DNA from: an uncultured bacterium
Lineage (GTDB): Bacteria > Patescibacteriota > Saccharimonadia > UBA4664
DNA length: 64,000 bases
Assembly (NCBI GenBank): GCA_963720265.1
Contig: CAVRET010000002.1
Coordinates: forward strand, 456,704 to 520,703
Direction: 5' to 3'
In this document: positions 1 to 9,490 of the stretch, piece after piece
How positions within the stretch are numbered: position 1 is the first letter of the stretch
Layout of the letters: each line of letters starts with the position of its first letter
Made by a program: the position numbers and the translations under genes
The notes under the pieces: model-generated
Databases searched by the model: none
What the model was told of the DNA's origin: nothing
What the model saw: the letters and a program-made list of their open reading frames with translations, nothing else

Positions 1-354
1 TTCGTCCCATCCTTTACGAATTGCGCCGGGTCGAAAAGGGTCGGTAATCTTTATTTGCTCCGTCCCTTCCACCGGCCGCGATCGCGATAAGTATTCCTTA
101 CTAGCAGACTCAGCCCAACGCGATGCCACGTCTTGTTCGCTTGCCGCAGCAACCACTGCCATCCTATATGCTCGTTGCTCAAGATGCGTCATTTTGCCTA
201 CCGGCTGCCGTACAAAGTCAGGACTGAAGTCCTCAACAGGGTCAGCTTCCTGAGACTGCGGTAATGGCGCCTCAAGGGATGAGGCTGAGTTCTCGCCCGT
301 CAGGGGGTTGGTAAAAACGACCTCCGCAGGATTATGTCTATCCTCTTCTGGCAT
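1..354 (-). CDS. Partial hypothetical protein. The start codon is at 352-354 and the gene runs off the left edge of the window; it is divergent from ruvB.
   Basis: Manual reverse translation from the ATG at 354 gives about 118 codons with no stop before the window edge (MPEEDRHNPAEVVFTNPLTGENS...). No family recognised. Confidence 0.35.
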   Translation of the reverse strand, partial: MPEEDRHNPAEVVFTNPLTGENSASSLEAPLPQSQEADPVEDFSPDFVRQPVGKMTHLEQRAYRMAVVAAASEQDVASRWAESASKEYLSRSRPVEGTEQIKITDPFRPGAIRKGWDE

Positions 355-428
355 AGCCAGTCCTTTTCAACTAGCATAGCACCACGGTTCGAAGTCCTTT
401 GCGCATCTAGCCCTGATACAATAAGGTC

Positions 429-1472
429 ATGATCGAGCGCATCGTGGGCGCAGAGCCCGACCCCGAAACCACTGACCCGGCCGAAGCCGCCGCCGAGGCC
501 GCGCTTGGCGAGACGCTCCGTCCCACCAGTTTTGCCACCTACATCGGTCAGCCCCTGCTCAAGCAAAACCTCGAGCTCGCCATTGCTGCGGCTCGCGTTC
601 GCGCCGAATCGGTCGACCACATTTTGCTCTACGGCCCACCCGGCCTTGGCAAAACCACTATGGCCGGCGTTATCGCGCGTGAACTGGGCAAAGGCATCCG
701 CATCACCAGCGGCCCAGCCATCGAGCGAGCGGGGGATTTAGCCAGCCTCCTCACCAGCCTCGAAGACGGCGACGTGCTCTTTATCGACGAAATCCACCGC
801 CTGCCCAAAGTTGTGGAAGAAGTGTTGTATCCGGCTATGGAAGATTTCGGTCTCGACGTCATGCTCGGCCGTGGTCCCGCCGCCAAATCCATCCGCCTCG
901 ATCTGCCAAGGTTCACTATCATTGGTGCCACCACCAGGGCCGGCGCGCTTGGTGCGCCCCTGCGTGACCGCTTCGGCCACGTTCATCGGCTCGAGTTTTA
1001 CTCGCCCGAGGAAATGGTCCAAATCATTAATCGTGCCGCCGGTATCTTAAACATCAGCCTCGACTCCGAAGCTGCGGCCGAAATTGCGGCCCGCTCTCGC
1101 CTTACACCCCGCATCTCAAATCGTCTGCTCAAACGCGTTCGCGACTACGCACAGGTCAAAAACGTTGACACAATTACAAAACGCCACGCCCGCGAGGCCC
1201 TCCACCTCCTGGAAATCGACGACCGCGGCCTTGATTCCTCCGACCGTCGGCTGTTGTCGGCCATTATCGAACACTACAACGGGGGCCCCGTGGGCCTTAC
1301 AACACTGGCCGCCGCCCTAGCCGAAGAAGCCACCACCATCGAAGACGTCTACGAGCCCTACCTCATGCAAATCGGCTACCTCGAACGTACTGCCCGCGGC
1401 CGCCGCGCCACCGCCACCGCCTACTCACACCTCGGATTCAATCCACCGGAATCCCAAACCAGGTCATCATAA
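429..1472 (+). CDS. ruvB: Holliday junction branch migration helicase RuvB
   Basis: 347 aa. AAA+ Walker A '[12 protein letters not shown]', 'DEIHRL', a sensor region, and the RuvB-typical C-terminal winged helix ([10 protein letters not shown]...). Confidence 0.95.
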   Translation: MIERIVGAEPDPETTDPAEAAAEAALGETLRPTSFATYIGQPLLKQNLELAIAAARVRAESVDHILLYGPPGLGKTTMAGVIARELGKGIRITSGPAIERAGDLASLLTSLEDGDVLFIDEIHRLPKVVEEVLYPAMEDFGLDVMLGRGPAAKSIRLDLPRFTIIGATTRAGALGAPLRDRFGHVHRLEFYSPEEMVQIINRAAGILNISLDSEAAAEIAARSRLTPRISNRLLKRVRDYAQVKNVDTITKRHAREALHLLEIDDRGLDSSDRRLLSAIIEHYNGGPVGLTTLAAALAEEATTIEDVYEPYLMQIGYLERTARGRRATATAYSHLGFNPPESQTRSS

Positions 1473-1487
1473 GTTACAATATCTGCC

Positions 1488-2111
1488 ATGGAACCCAGCG
1501 AAGGCGCGGACTCCGCAAAGCTCCGGCTCTGGCTGGAAGCTCTCGGAATCCCCCAAAGGATATTCCCGTACCTCATCAACATCCACCGGCTTGAGCCAAC
1601 AACGATCAGCCAGTACTTCGCCGACCTCACGTCCTACCAACGATGGCGCGAGGGCGGCCCCAACACCGTCCACGACAGCCTCGCGCTTTTGAGGCCGAGC
1701 ATCGATCGGGCTGCCTACATCGAGCCGGCCCTTGCTGCCCGGGCTGCTAACGCTAGGATCATTCGCATCTTCCTGCTACCGCGCGGGGCACTGGAGCCAA
1801 ACACGTGGGATTGGCGTCGGTACCTCTTGGAGGTGCAGTATGCGCATTTTGCCGATGCGGCTGATGAAGTGCTGATTATGTTTCCGCTCGAGGTATTCAC
1901 CGAGTACTTCCAGCCACCGCTCATCGATCTTATGCAGGTCGGCGAGGGCGTCGTCATAACCAGCTACGACAGCGTCGGCAATCCCAACGCCCGCACATTC
2001 CTGGGCCCCGGCACGCCTGAAGCGAAAACGCAACGCGAACACATCATGACGATTCTGGCGCTGGCCATCGCCCGCGGTGTGATCCTCCGGCAGGCCCGCT
2101 GGTTCACGTGA
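1488..2111 (+). CDS. hypothetical protein
   Basis: 207-aa ORF immediately after ruvB on the same strand. Balanced composition. The antisense ORFs here are short and R/S-rich. Confidence 0.5.
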   Translation: MEPSEGADSAKLRLWLEALGIPQRIFPYLINIHRLEPTTISQYFADLTSYQRWREGGPNTVHDSLALLRPSIDRAAYIEPALAARAANARIIRIFLLPRGALEPNTWDWRRYLLEVQYAHFADAADEVLIMFPLEVFTEYFQPPLIDLMQVGEGVVITSYDSVGNPNARTFLGPGTPEAKTQREHIMTILALAIARGVILRQARWFT

Positions 2112-2157
2112 GTTGGTAGGCCCGGGGCGGTTGGTAACGCCTCGGGCTTACCCCGAC

Positions 2158-2451
2158 CTAAAACGGACTGCTCTGACTCCCCAGCGTCCCCGTTGGTACA
2201 TTGCCCTGCACCACGCTTAAGTTCTTGAGTGAGGTAATCGTGGCCTTGTCAAAGCTAATCGACGGCCCAAGGGCTTGCGGCGCGGTCGCCGGCTGAGTAT
2301 TGAGCGCCGCATTCACTTCATAGGCTGTATAGGCAAAAACCGCGATTAAAGCTGCGCCCACCAGATAGGCTTGCACCCGCTTTAGTGCCGGCAACAGTTT
2401 TGCCAGGTCCTCCGGCTTCAGGCTCAGGTTGAGGTTCATATTCGTGTTCAT
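2158..2451 (-). CDS. Small membrane-anchored protein at the end of the pilMNO operon (PilP-like position)
   Basis: 97 aa with one TM segment (LVGAALIAVFAYTAY). Its start overlaps the pilO stop by 4 nt. Confidence 0.4.
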   Translation of the reverse strand: MNTNMNLNLSLKPEDLAKLLPALKRVQAYLVGAALIAVFAYTAYEVNAALNTQPATAPQALGPSISFDKATITSLKNLSVVQGNVPTGTLGSQSSPF

Positions 2452-3002
2452 GGGTTTATGTACGCATTAAGGCTAATAGAATAGACAATCGGCTTAGTTT
2501 TATCCACATGGCTGATGGCAAGATTCGTAATACTCGTAAATCGGTTCAAATTCTCCACGTCGGCGGTGAATGTCTGCAATTGTTGATAGGTCCCCGACAG
2601 CTGAAAACTAATCGGCAGCGCCAACACCTGGCCGGCTTTCACCGTCTGCGACACGCTGGTCGGCAGGCCCACCGGGCTCGGCATGCTCACACTCGTGATC
2701 GACAGCCCCACTTCGTTCGCAATTGTTTGCAACTGTGCTAGGATCTCGGTTTGGTTCTTTTGACTCGGCAGGGCATCATTCATGAGCGGTAAAATTGGCA
2801 CGATCTCCGTCTTGTACTCCGACTCCAGGTGGGTAAGCGAAGACACTTGCGCCCCCGCCGACGTTTGGCCGGCGAGATCAGAGGCCAAAGTCTGTGAGCG
2901 GGTATGCAATTGTTGAAGCGCCATATAATAAGCACCACCCCCGGCCACGAGCAAAACTACCATCACGCCCAGCAGTACAAAGAAGAACTGCTTCGGCTTC
3001 AT
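2448..3002 (-). CDS. pilO: Type IV pilus assembly protein PilO-like
   Basis: 184 aa. N-terminal TM helix, a coiled-coil stretch, then a periplasmic domain. Position after pilM/pilN, with a 4-nt overlap with pilN. Confidence 0.6.
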   Translation of the reverse strand: MKPKQFFFVLLGVMVVLLVAGGGAYYMALQQLHTRSQTLASDLAGQTSAGAQVSSLTHLESEYKTEIVPILPLMNDALPSQKNQTEILAQLQTIANEVGLSITSVSMPSPVGLPTSVSQTVKAGQVLALPISFQLSGTYQQLQTFTADVENLNRFTSITNLAISHVDKTKPIVYSISLNAYINP

Positions 3003-3532
3003 TGGGCCTCTCCCGGTTTGAATGCCACCACCACATTGGCCGTGTAGCCACTGCCACTCGTTGACGTAATCGTCTCAAGATCGGCGTTGGCAATCCGAGG
3101 CGATGTGGTGAGCGCGTCGCGGAACGCCAAGGCGTCATTATAGCTATCTGCAGTCACGGCGATGGTCACCGGTGTCTTGTCATCACCAGTCAACGTCATG
3201 CTGTCGATCGATACCCCGGCCGGAACCACCTTGGCAATGTCGGCAATCACGGCCGAAAATCGTGTCTGGGTGCCCTGCACGTACTTAATCGCATTCAGCC
3301 GTTCACTGGCCGCCTTGGCTTCCGGCAGCACGGTCTCGTCCAGCTTGGCAATTTGTTGATGATCGCCAGCTGCATTGGCATTGGCCGCCTGAGTTTGCTG
3401 ATTCAATAAGTAGAAAGCACCGCCAAATACGCCTCCCAGCACTATAAGCACAATTACCAGCCCCCAGACATAGTGAATTGCCACCCGATTCAGCTTAGCG
3501 TAGCGCATTTGCTCCTTGATATCCGGCGGCAT
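2999..3532 (-). CDS. pilN: Type IV pilus assembly protein PilN-like
   Basis: Conserved PilN N-terminus 'MPPDIKEQMRYAKLNRVAIHYVWGLVIVLIVLGG' followed by a TM helix. Start chosen at the internal Met (3532), 8 nt after the pilM stop. The 215-aa ORF-track version overlaps pilM. Confidence 0.65.
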   Translation of the reverse strand: MPPDIKEQMRYAKLNRVAIHYVWGLVIVLIVLGGVFGGAFYLLNQQTQAANANAAGDHQQIAKLDETVLPEAKAASERLNAIKYVQGTQTRFSAVIADIAKVVPAGVSIDSMTLTGDDKTPVTIAVTADSYNDALAFRDALTTSPRIANADLETITSTSGSGYTANVVVAFKPGEAQ

Positions 3533-3540
3533 GAGGTTGA

Positions 3541-4599
3541 TCACAGTTTGCCCTCCATCTGCGCCAAGCCGATTGCAGTCGCGTACATCGGCGCGTCGAA
3601 CCGCGACACGGCCTGCACATGCTTGAGAAGCTTGAGCCCCGTCCATGGATCGGCAATTGTCACCGGCAAGTTAATTTGCGCCTGCATATATTCCAAAAAT
3701 CCCGGCATACTGGCGCTTCCGCCGCCCACCACAATAGCTTGAATCCGCCGCTTCTCGCCGCCGCGCTCCTGATAGTACTTAATCACCCGCCGCATTTCAT
3801 CGCACATTTTTTTGAGTGGCTCACCCAAGCTTGCCACCACCTTCGGCTGCAGGCCCGACGGCCCAATGCCGAACTTGTGCTTGATCTCATTGGCTTGGTC
3901 AGCCTCGATGCCCAGATCCTTCACCAGCTGGTCGGTCAGAGTATCGCCGCCCATTGCTACTGTATCGGCCAGCCGGATCACCCGGTCGTACACCATAAGG
4001 TCAATGGAGCGCGAGCCAATGTCGGCCACCAAGGTGGTCTTACTCACCGGCTTGGCTGCCATAATGGCGCGCGTGGCCGCTGCCATACTCGAATCCAGCA
4101 GCCCAACTTCCAAATTCATAAGGTCAAACAATTTTATGTAGCTGTCGACGATTGCGCGCGGCGCCGCTACCATGAGCACCTGGTTGCGCTCCGGCCCTGC
4201 TTCAATCGTCTCGTAATCAATATAGAGATCGGGCAACGGCACCGGAATATATTGCTCGGCCTCCAACCGTACCGCCTGGCCTAGGTCAGTCGGATTCATC
4301 GGCGGCAGCTCCAGTACTCGCGTAAATATCTTGCCGAGCGGCAGCCCGGCTGCAATTCGTCGGGCTGTAATCTTGCCAAAGGTTATCTGCTTAATCATGG
4401 GAGCCAGCGCCGCGGCGATCTGCTCCGGGTCAACCACAATCCCTTCCACGATCGCATCAGCCGGAAAGTTCGCTACCCCGTAGCCCAGCACTTCAAAAAC
4501 CTTACCGTTGGCCCGCAACTGCAGCATTTTGGCCGTACGCGTTCCCAAGTCAAACCCAAACACAGGCGCCGATTTGTACACCAATGGTACGCGCATCAA
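3541..4599 (-). CDS. pilM: Type IV pilus assembly protein PilM (actin-like ATPase fold)
   Basis: 352 aa. N-terminal 'FGFDLGTRTAKMLQL' actin-fold phosphate-1 motif and a DIGSRSIDL-like motif. Sits upstream of pilN/pilO. Confidence 0.85.
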   Translation of the reverse strand: MMRVPLVYKSAPVFGFDLGTRTAKMLQLRANGKVFEVLGYGVANFPADAIVEGIVVDPEQIAAALAPMIKQITFGKITARRIAAGLPLGKIFTRVLELPPMNPTDLGQAVRLEAEQYIPVPLPDLYIDYETIEAGPERNQVLMVAAPRAIVDSYIKLFDLMNLEVGLLDSSMAAATRAIMAAKPVSKTTLVADIGSRSIDLMVYDRVIRLADTVAMGGDTLTDQLVKDLGIEADQANEIKHKFGIGPSGLQPKVVASLGEPLKKMCDEMRRVIKYYQERGGEKRRIQAIVVGGGSASMPGFLEYMQAQINLPVTIADPWTGLKLLKHVQAVSRFDAPMYATAIGLAQMEGKL

Positions 4600-4654
4600 G
4601 CTCGCCTACAAATAAACATAACCATTACGCTCATTGTATCATCACGCAGCGAGT

Positions 4655-6034
4655 TCATGGGCTGTACAATTGCTCGCGCCAATTCAGCACTGCGTAGGTG
4701 CCCGTCGTGGGGTAGCACGACGGCGGCCCGTAGGTGAGGTTGGTGTCAAATGTATTCGAGTCGGTTTTGTAGCCATAAACAACATTGCCGTTACCGTCCA
4801 CCCAGCTCCAGGTCCAAAAGTTGTAACTGTCAAGTGAACCGTAAAAGGTCAGCGCATTCTTGGCCGATCCCGATTCCTCCGCCAGAATACTGCCGTTTTG
4901 AGCCAGCAGTGCACCGTCAATCTCGATCGTACTCGCGGCATAGGGCGCTACCTGTACGTTATTTTGCGCAATCAGGCCAATGACGTCCGAACCGTTTTTA
5001 GACGCATAAGTCAGGTTGCCGATAATGGTGATATTAGTATTGGTCGACGAATTCGCCGGAAGCACTCCGCTGATAATGTCGAGCCGCCCGGGCCAACTCG
5101 TCCCCTGCACCCATACGTTATCAGCGACGTATAAGATGCCGTCACTCGGCGCCGACAGTGTCGCGACTGGGTTCACAGTGGTTGTAGTGATGCCGGTTGA
5201 GTTCTCGCTCTTTACAATGTATTCGTTAATCTTCCCGTTACTGAGGAGTTGCAGGTAATAGCCGAGTTTACCACTCGAGTTGAGATAAACACCGCTTGAC
5301 TTGGCCTGGGTGCCGCACGAGCTATAGTCGGCCGTTACACCGGAGAACGGGACGCTCGGAACTGGAAATTGCCACTGCGACGACGGCCCGCCGTTGCCCC
5401 ACACGCCATTGTGCACCTTGCCGTCGCCGCCGAATTCGGCCGACGGTGTATACGTGGCATTGGCCGAGTACACCGGCCCGTTGTTGGTGCCGTCCATGTG
5501 TACGCCCACGTCGCTCATGACCGGCCCATTCGAACTCTCGGTTGAGCCAAACCACACTTCAGTGCCGGTCAGCAGCGCATAATTGGCAAAGCTCGGTTGC
5601 CCTAGCTGGGCCAAAATCGTCCGCGTGCCGGGAAAATTCGGCACCTCGCCGATCGATTTCACGGTCGTAATGGTTGAGCCGTTCGTCGGCGGCGTAATCC
5701 ATAGCGTGTAGGTCCCGAGGAACTTGCCGTTCACATCATAGTAATTGTGAGTATAAGGCCCGTACGGCGTCGTCGGCGGTATGTTCGCATTACCGTCTGT
5801 ATAGTCAGTGGAGTTATGCGCCAGATGCCAGAGGTAATAATTCACTCCGGCCTCGGCAATATTGAGTGCCTCGGCGCTGCGGCTCTCATAGAGCCCGAAC
5901 CGCTCATTTGAGGTCAACACCTGTGCTCCAATCACGCCCAGCGCCGATAAAATTACCGCCATCACGAGTACCGTCAGCATAATGAACCCGCTCTCGGCCG
6001 TCTGCGTCTTTCGGTATTGGCTGTCTCGCCCCAT
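4655..6034 (-). CDS. Giant PilX-like minor pilin or pilus-tip protein
   Basis: A hydrophobic N-terminal segment 'GFIMLTVLVMAVILSALGVIGA' lacking Glu5 (PilX_N-like) precedes a large, S/T/N/G-rich ~440-aa extracellular region. It sits within the pilus operon. Confidence 0.6.
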   Translation of the reverse strand: MGRDSQYRKTQTAESGFIMLTVLVMAVILSALGVIGAQVLTSNERFGLYESRSAEALNIAEAGVNYYLWHLAHNSTDYTDGNANIPPTTPYGPYTHNYYDVNGKFLGTYTLWITPPTNGSTITTVKSIGEVPNFPGTRTILAQLGQPSFANYALLTGTEVWFGSTESSNGPVMSDVGVHMDGTNNGPVYSANATYTPSAEFGGDGKVHNGVWGNGGPSSQWQFPVPSVPFSGVTADYSSCGTQAKSSGVYLNSSGKLGYYLQLLSNGKINEYIVKSENSTGITTTTVNPVATLSAPSDGILYVADNVWVQGTSWPGRLDIISGVLPANSSTNTNITIIGNLTYASKNGSDVIGLIAQNNVQVAPYAASTIEIDGALLAQNGSILAEESGSAKNALTFYGSLDSYNFWTWSWVDGNGNVVYGYKTDSNTFDTNLTYGPPSCYPTTGTYAVLNWREQLYSP

Positions 6035-6042
6035 GTGTATCC

Positions 6043-6642
6043 TCATAAGTTGGTCTTAAAGTTCCTCAAGGTCACCCGTGTCGCAATCGAAATCGGCACA
6101 TTGAGCCGGGTCGTGTTCGGATTGGCGGCCACGGTGATGCCGATCTGGTAAATCTGACCGGTCGAAAAACCGCTTGCGAGGGCATTGCCTGAACTGTCGT
6201 AATAGGTAAATATCGGTGTTGCGCCCATCGCCAAATCATCGCGCAGTACCGTATTCTTTTGGTTGGCCACGTTATAGGTGTAATTGGGCGCTGTCCCGGT
6301 AGGCGTTATCACCCCCACTTCAAAATTTTTACCGCTCACGAAGTAGCTAATTTCATCCACCACGCTGTCGGCCGGCGAAAAATAGCCGTAAATCGTCAGG
6401 GTATTGTTTTGCGCCGTCACCACACCGGTCGTGCCGCGTACCACTTTAGCAATCCGCTCCGATAGCGTCGAAAGTTCAATCGAGGTATTTGACTCATCCT
6501 GCAGGTATTGGTACGAGGCCATGCCCTGGAACGTAAAAGTGGCCAGGGGAATACTCAAAATCCCCACCAGCACCACTACCACGAGCAGCTCAATCAGTGT
6601 GTAGCCGCCTTGAGCCGCGGGGATGCTACGGGGTAACATCAA
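6043..6642 (-). CDS. Prepilin-type N-terminal cleavage/methylation domain protein (minor pilin)
   Basis: 'GGYTLIELLVVVVLVGILS' is a canonical G|(F/Y)TLIE prepilin motif. 199 aa. Confidence 0.75.
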   Translation of the reverse strand: MMLPRSIPAAQGGYTLIELLVVVVLVGILSIPLATFTFQGMASYQYLQDESNTSIELSTLSERIAKVVRGTTGVVTAQNNTLTIYGYFSPADSVVDEISYFVSGKNFEVGVITPTGTAPNYTYNVANQKNTVLRDDLAMGATPIFTYYDSSGNALASGFSTGQIYQIGITVAANPNTTRLNVPISIATRVTLRNFKTNL

Positions 6643-7975
6643 ACCCTCCGCTCTCAGTGGCTGTACCGGTGCTGTTGGTTACATCGACATCCCAGTTACC
6701 TGTAGCCGCACTCGTTAAATTAAGCGTGCATGTTAGCTGGGTACCCGTGCCGGTTACACCGGTGCAGGGAATCGCGGTCTGGCCGGTCATCGCCAGCTGC
6801 ACCGTGGCTGAGCTCAAATTTGTTCCATTAACAGTGAGCGTCTGGCTTGATGTGCCGGTCGAGCTGCTAGCCGGTGAAATGCTCGTGATCGTAGGCCAAT
6901 TGGCCGACGTGCTCACGACCAGGTTAACCGTCAACTGCGAATTCGGTTCTAGAGCGGCCGGTGCCACCGGAGAACTTGACACTACATAATGCCCAGCTGG
7001 TACCGAAAAGCTGTATGAATCCCACTCCATGCCAGACAAAGTGATGTTGCCGCTCGAGTCTGTTGCAGTGGCCTGCGAGTACTTATAGGCCGTTGGGTCG
7101 GTGTAAATTTGTTTCGCGCCAGTCGTAGTGACGCTCAAATTTGATATCGGATTACCGCTTGTGTCCGTTACATGGAGATACAGTGTTGATACCTGGTCAA
7201 TCGACAGCGACACAGGCGTAATTTGCTGCGCGATCACATTCGGGTTGAGCTCCACCGCCTTTTGTCCGCCGCCAGGATTTGGCTTCGTGCCGTCAGTCGA
7301 ATACCCTGGCAAGCTCGCAATCACCTGATAATTATTACCCGAATCCGGTGGCAGCTTCGGTATCACCACTACCCCGTCATTGTCCGTCGTGGTCTGAATA
7401 TTCACGGCCGGATTTTGGTTCGTATTTGTAATGCTTACATTGGCCTGCGGCACCGGCTGGCCGTTGGCATCAAGTACCGTGATGTCCAGAATCCCGGTGT
7501 CCGAAGCCGTTTCCGCTGCCTTGCCGGCAATATCAGTGGTAAGGGTCGCTACCAGCTGGCCGCTCGTTACGAGATACACGTCGACCTGAGCCCGCTTGTA
7601 ATCGTACGGATACAAATCCTTTGGTTTACCCGGAATCGTGCCGGCCGCATTACCGTCATACGGATCATCGATATACACAATTGTTGTGTGGACACGGAAT
7701 TTATAGTTGTCCTGGGTCTGCGTTTGGTTGTCAGCGATCGTGCCGGGTGGATAAATCGTACCGAATTGCGTCGCCAGCGAATCGTATGGCAGGTCGCGCA
7801 AGTACTCCATCTGCTGATTGGCCAGGCCCAAGCCGATCGCGCGGGCCTTGTCGAGCACCACTTCGTTCAAGTTTGACACAAACAAGCTGCCCACGGCCGC
7901 CACCATAAGCGTCATGATGACCGCGGCCACCACGATTTCGATCAACGTAAACCCAGCCTCGTCCCGGCCCTTCAT
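6626..7975 (-). CDS. Large prepilin-type protein with a C-terminal Ig/IPT-like domain (minor pilin or adhesin)
   Basis: 'GFTLIEIVVAAVIMTLMVAAVG' prepilin motif. 449 aa. The C-terminus has an IPT/TIG-like beta-sandwich pattern (PTITSISPASSSTGTSSQTLTVNGTNL...). Confidence 0.7.
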   Translation of the reverse strand: MKGRDEAGFTLIEIVVAAVIMTLMVAAVGSLFVSNLNEVVLDKARAIGLGLANQQMEYLRDLPYDSLATQFGTIYPPGTIADNQTQTQDNYKFRVHTTIVYIDDPYDGNAAGTIPGKPKDLYPYDYKRAQVDVYLVTSGQLVATLTTDIAGKAAETASDTGILDITVLDANGQPVPQANVSITNTNQNPAVNIQTTTDNDGVVVIPKLPPDSGNNYQVIASLPGYSTDGTKPNPGGGQKAVELNPNVIAQQITPVSLSIDQVSTLYLHVTDTSGNPISNLSVTTTGAKQIYTDPTAYKYSQATATDSSGNITLSGMEWDSYSFSVPAGHYVVSSSPVAPAALEPNSQLTVNLVVSTSANWPTITSISPASSSTGTSSQTLTVNGTNLSSATVQLAMTGQTAIPCTGVTGTGTQLTCTLNLTSAATGNWDVDVTNSTGTATESGGFDVTP

Positions 7976-8080
7976 GTCCGTATTATACTGCTTGTGCTTG
8001 ATATCCCAAACCTAACCGAACCGGGGCACCAAAAAGCCGCCCGTAGGCGGCCTTCGGTCAAGCTAAGTTGATGACGTGAA

Positions 8081-8512
8081 CTAGTTGCTGTTTACCAGCT
8101 CAAACGTCTTGGTGGTGCACGGCGACACCGGCGCAATCACATCTGTACCAGCATCTTGGTCGTTCTCCAAGCAGGCGGTTAGCGTGTATGTGGTGTTGGA
8201 GTTAGCCGGGGTGTAGGTGTAAACGTACGCACCGGTGTTCTTCGGGTCGGTCGGAATTGTCTTCATGATTGGCGCCGAGCCGACTTGCAATGCGCTCAGG
8301 GAAGTCGGGTACGCGTTGTTATCAACGAAGTACTCTTCCAGACCCTTTTGCATTGCGGTCAGGTCGGTCTTACGCTTGGTATCCCGGGCCTTCTTGGGCG
8401 CGCTGGTAATGTTCGGCAGAATCAACAGCGCCAAAATACCGATGATCACGATTACGATCAACAGCTCAAGGAGCGTGAAACCGCCTTCTTTTTTAATGAT
8501 TTTGTTAAGCAC
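8081..8512 (-). CDS. pilA: Type IV major pilin (PilA-like)
   Basis: 143 aa. 'KEGGFTLLELLIVIVIIGILALLILPN' prepilin leader and alpha-1 helix. GTG start with GGAGGTGA Shine-Dalgarno 7 nt upstream. C-terminal Cys pair. Confidence 0.8.
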   Translation of the reverse strand: MLNKIIKKEGGFTLLELLIVIVIIGILALLILPNITSAPKKARDTKRKTDLTAMQKGLEEYFVDNNAYPTSLSALQVGSAPIMKTIPTDPKNTGAYVYTYTPANSNTTYTLTACLENDQDAGTDVIAPVSPCTTKTFELVNSN

Positions 8513-8758
8513 GAGTGCTCACCTCCTTAAATTGGTTGAACGATAGAGCCGCTGAGGCTCTACTTAGCCTCAGCATAAAGCGCTTACGTTTATGTGTCAA
8601 CCAAAATTCAGGAAGCAATCATGATCACGTGGGTTTTGGGTCCAACTTGAGCTTTCAAATCGCTTTCAAAGTTCAAGTCGGACCCGCGACTCCGGCGCTC
8701 AGTGGCACCGGGGCCGCGGGATTCGACATGGAGAGTCCGGTCAGGCTATTCGGTTCTG

Positions 8759-9346
8759 CTAGTTATGCTCGCAGAACCAGTCCACGCGCCCTCGGGCCGC
8801 GATGGCACGGGGGTCAGCGGTGTCCTCATTTCTGGGGGTCTCGCTGAGTGCGGTACCGGTGACCACGCACACGCGGCGCAGCAGCCGATTCCGGTGGGGC
8901 CGTCCGTAAAGGTCGGATAGGGCGCCGTTGCAAAGCACCGGGCCGAGGTAGACCATGCCGGTTGGCGGAACCACGCCCGCGTGCACCGGCCGGTCCAGCA
9001 GCTGTTGCTGCCATGCGGCCACGATGACATCGGCCGCGTCATGCGCGAGCCGCACCTGCGAATCAGCGATGGACGGCCGCTCGGAGCAGTCCCACACCGT
9101 CTGAGGGTCGACGTTGGCGTGGGCGCCTGCGGCGATGATCCACTTGAGCACCTGCGGTGAGCAGCCGGGGGCATCCGAACCATCCAGGTTCAGGAGCTCG
9201 TTGACTACTCGCTCGCGCAGGCCGGTTGGCGCGTACGTATCGGCGAGGGTCGGTGCCCATATCGCGATGAGCGCCATCCAAGCGTCCAACAGGCTGGGCG
9301 CACCGTGCGTTGCGGTGGTCCTACCGGTGGTGTCTACGATCGTCAT
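8759..9346 (-). CDS. Hypothetical protein, visibly GC-richer than flanking pil genes, inserted between pilC and pilA
   Basis: Start chosen at the internal Met after an AAGGAG Shine-Dalgarno. Protein composition is balanced (W/Y/K present), while the overlapping alternative-frame ORFs are R/P/G-rich junk. Confidence 0.5.
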   Translation of the reverse strand: MTIVDTTGRTTATHGAPSLLDAWMALIAIWAPTLADTYAPTGLRERVVNELLNLDGSDAPGCSPQVLKWIIAAGAHANVDPQTVWDCSERPSIADSQVRLAHDAADVIVAAWQQQLLDRPVHAGVVPPTGMVYLGPVLCNGALSDLYGRPHRNRLLRRVCVVTGTALSETPRNEDTADPRAIAARGRVDWFCEHN

Positions 9347-9490
9347 GAGCATCTCCTTCTCAGGCGTCGCGTCCGGGAATCCTATCCCGGCTCTCCATGT
9401 CATTCATTCATTCAATCAAGTTACGATCGAACCTAAGAATTATAGCATAAAAACGATGAAATTGCAAACAAGTCCGGACCAAACTGAGTG

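Noticed and set aside
300-620. 106-aa minus-strand ORF spanning the ruvB start region
   Set aside because: It overlaps the well-supported ruvB N-terminus in antisense and has G/R/L-rich composition. The partial ORF ending at 354 in another frame is the more plausible divergent gene.
505-1472. Multiple 60-100-aa ORFs in other frames or strands within ruvB (505..741, 629..934, 738..1022, 811..1050, 1084..1320)
   Set aside because: They are nested inside a high-confidence conserved gene and have R/P/S-rich composition typical of off-frame GC-rich sequence.
8696-8712. sigma54-like 'tggcac-N5-ccgc' element upstream of pilA
   Set aside because: It is on the wrong strand for the minus-strand pilA and deviates from the TTGC half-site. 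It is probably coincidental in GC-rich DNA.
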